In this document: one piece after another, positions 52,961 to 54,276 of the stretch
Layout of the letters: every line of letters starts with the position of its first letter
Numbering within the stretch: the first letter of the stretch is position 1
Position numbers and translations under genes: made by a program
IMG/VR virus record: IMGVR_UViG_3300034102_000129
Coordinates: 1 to 54,276 of that record
DNA from: a virus
Taxonomy: Duplodnaviria > Caudoviricetes
Strand: one strand, 5' to 3'
Length of the DNA: 54,276 nt
Notes under the pieces: model-generated
What the model was told of the DNA's origin: nothing
Database searches by the model: none
What the model saw: only the letters and a program-made list of their open reading frames with translations

Positions 52961-53259
52961 TGATGCCGTCGCGTGGTATGGGTGCTATGTCTCCTAGCAA
53001 GATCCCCCGTGCCAAGCGTCGTGGGGACAACAAGCCCGTGATTGGCACGGGTGAGCCGATTCGTCATGCCGAGGGTGGCAAGGTGAAGAGCAAGGTCAAT
53101 CAGGCCGGGAACTACACCAAGCCGGGTATGCGCGAGAGCCTCTTCAAGTCCATCAAGTCCCGTGCGGTGCAGGGTACTGGCGCAGGGCAATGGAGCGCCC
53201 GCAAGGCACAGTTGCTGGCGAAGCAGTATAAGGCCAAAGGCGGCGGGTATCGCGGATGA
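52960..53259 (+). CDS. small basic protein
   Basis: SRGMG, HAEGG, NYTKPGMR and GQWSARKAQ..YKAKGGGY. Confidence 0.7.
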   Translation: MMPSRGMGAMSPSKIPRAKRRGDNKPVIGTGEPIRHAEGGKVKSKVNQAGNYTKPGMRESLFKSIKSRAVQGTGAGQWSARKAQLLAKQYKAKGGGYRG

Positions 53260-53501
53260 AGGCTCCTCAACAGTCCCTCAAGGCTTGGGGGCAGCAGAAA
53301 TGGAGAACAAAGAGTGGTAAACGATCTTCTGACACGGGCGAAAGGTATCTTCCAGAGGCTGCGATTAAGGCTCTCTCGCCTTCGGAATATGCCCGTACCA
53401 CCGCAGCCAAGCGTAAGGGTAAAGCCCAAGGCAAGCAGTTCGTCGCGCAGCCCAAAGGTGTTAAAGAAAAAGTGAAGCCGTACAGACGGCGAGGGATGTA
53501 A
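53256..53501 (+). CDS. small basic protein (DUF5872-like)
   Basis: QQSLKAWGQQKWRTKSGK..GERYLP..KR..GKQFV.QP. Confidence 0.7.
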   Translation: MKAPQQSLKAWGQQKWRTKSGKRSSDTGERYLPEAAIKALSPSEYARTTAAKRKGKAQGKQFVAQPKGVKEKVKPYRRRGM

Positions 53502-54227
53502 ATGGCCGACAAAACTACAGCCACAACCGAGTTCAACCTTGATCTTAATACGATCATTGAGGAGGCTTTTGAGCGTTGTGGGGCTGAGTTGCGTACGGGC
53601 TATGACTTCCGTACCTCTAAGCGCAGCCTTGCCTTGTTGTTCATGGACTGGGCGAACCGGGGTATTAACCTTTGGACGCTTGAGACGGGTACGCAGACCC
53701 TAACCTACAACCAAGGCACGTATGACCTTCCTGTCGATACGGTTGACCTGCTTGACCATGTGATCCGCACAGGCACGGGAACAAATCAACAGGACATCAA
53801 CATCTCGCGTATCTCCTCTTCGACCTACCTGTCCATCCCAAACAAGAACGCGACGGGTCGCCCCATCCAGATCTGGATCAATCGGCGTACTGGAGCCACG
53901 GGTGCTGATAACGTCATCGTGTACCCGCAGTACACGGTATGGCCGAAGCCTGATAACACGACCACTTGGACGCTCGTCTACACGCGCCTTGTGCGGATGT
54001 TTGATCCCGGTGTGGGTTCTAACGGTCAGGATATCCCGTTTCGGTTTATGCCCTGCTTGGTAGCGGGGTTAGCCTACATGCTCTCCATGAAGATTCCGGG
54101 TGCAGATGTCCGCACACAGATCCTGAAAGCCCAGTACGACGAGGCTTGGGACTTGGCGGCAGGGGAAGACCGGGAGAAGGCGGCAGTGCGGTTTGTGCCC
54201 CGCCAGAGTTTCTTGGGTGGCTACTAA
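53502..54227 (+). CDS. head-tail adaptor / tail tubular A-like protein
   Basis: IIEEAFERCG, WANRGINLW, GRP, VWPKPD and PFRFMPCLVAGLAY motifs. Confidence 0.7.
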   Translation: MADKTTATTEFNLDLNTIIEEAFERCGAELRTGYDFRTSKRSLALLFMDWANRGINLWTLETGTQTLTYNQGTYDLPVDTVDLLDHVIRTGTGTNQQDINISRISSSTYLSIPNKNATGRPIQIWINRRTGATGADNVIVYPQYTVWPKPDNTTTWTLVYTRLVRMFDPGVGSNGQDIPFRFMPCLVAGLAYMLSMKIPGADVRTQILKAQYDEAWDLAAGEDREKAAVRFVPRQSFLGGY

Positions 54228-54276
54228 TGCCAAATCGGTTTGCAAGTGGCAAACATGCTATCGCGGAGTGCGACCG
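54227..54276 (+). CDS. 3'-truncated small protein (CDRC zinc-motif family)
   Basis: MPNRFASGKHAIAECDR, starting at the TAATG overlap. Confidence 0.55.
   Translation, partial: MPNRFASGKHAIAECD

Noticed and set aside
1-54276. Integrase/att site, tRNA, intron/intein, reverse transcriptase/DGR, or stop-codon recoding
   Set aside because: None was recognised. PolA, TerL and the helicases are uninterrupted and of normal length, and the genes read cleanly in the standard code.

Overview
The whole window is a tailed dsDNA bacteriophage genome segment with a podovirus-like gene set. It is probably most of a circularly permuted genome, and both ends cut genes. There are two arms. The + strand late arm runs 42158-54276 and continues at 1-17946. 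It carries terminase, portal, GroES-like, scaffold, Mu gpT-like major capsid, HNH, small basic proteins, adaptor, holins, an M15 endolysin, tail proteins, a GNAT and four large internal/ejection proteins including a 2201-aa polyvalent protein. The - strand early/replication arm runs 41878 down to 17943. It carries a MoxR-like AAA+ and VWA-metallopeptidase pair, mini-genes, VRR-NUC, DUF3310, a glycosyltransferase/methyltransferase cassette, PolA, a PD-(D/E)xK nuclease, an SNF2 helicase, an SSB-like protein, an HTH protein and a DUF927 primase-helicase. A repeat-rich non-coding region at 40530-41260 looks like a replication origin. No integrase, tRNA, rRNA or CRISPR array was seen. The most notable unexplained signals are: a [MFYH]-x-x-G-G motif shared by five late proteins plus a tape-measure-like GEFV domain; an overprinted +1-frame gene with its own RBS inside the giant virion gene; a TPR-GT9-GT-A/GT8/2xMTase glycan cassette; an 18-bp palindrome at five early sites with fixed spacing to duplicated promoters; two pseudoknotted RNA-like elements; and repeated 20-bp junctions between mini-genes. 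All family assignments come from motif recognition by eye, and no searches were run.
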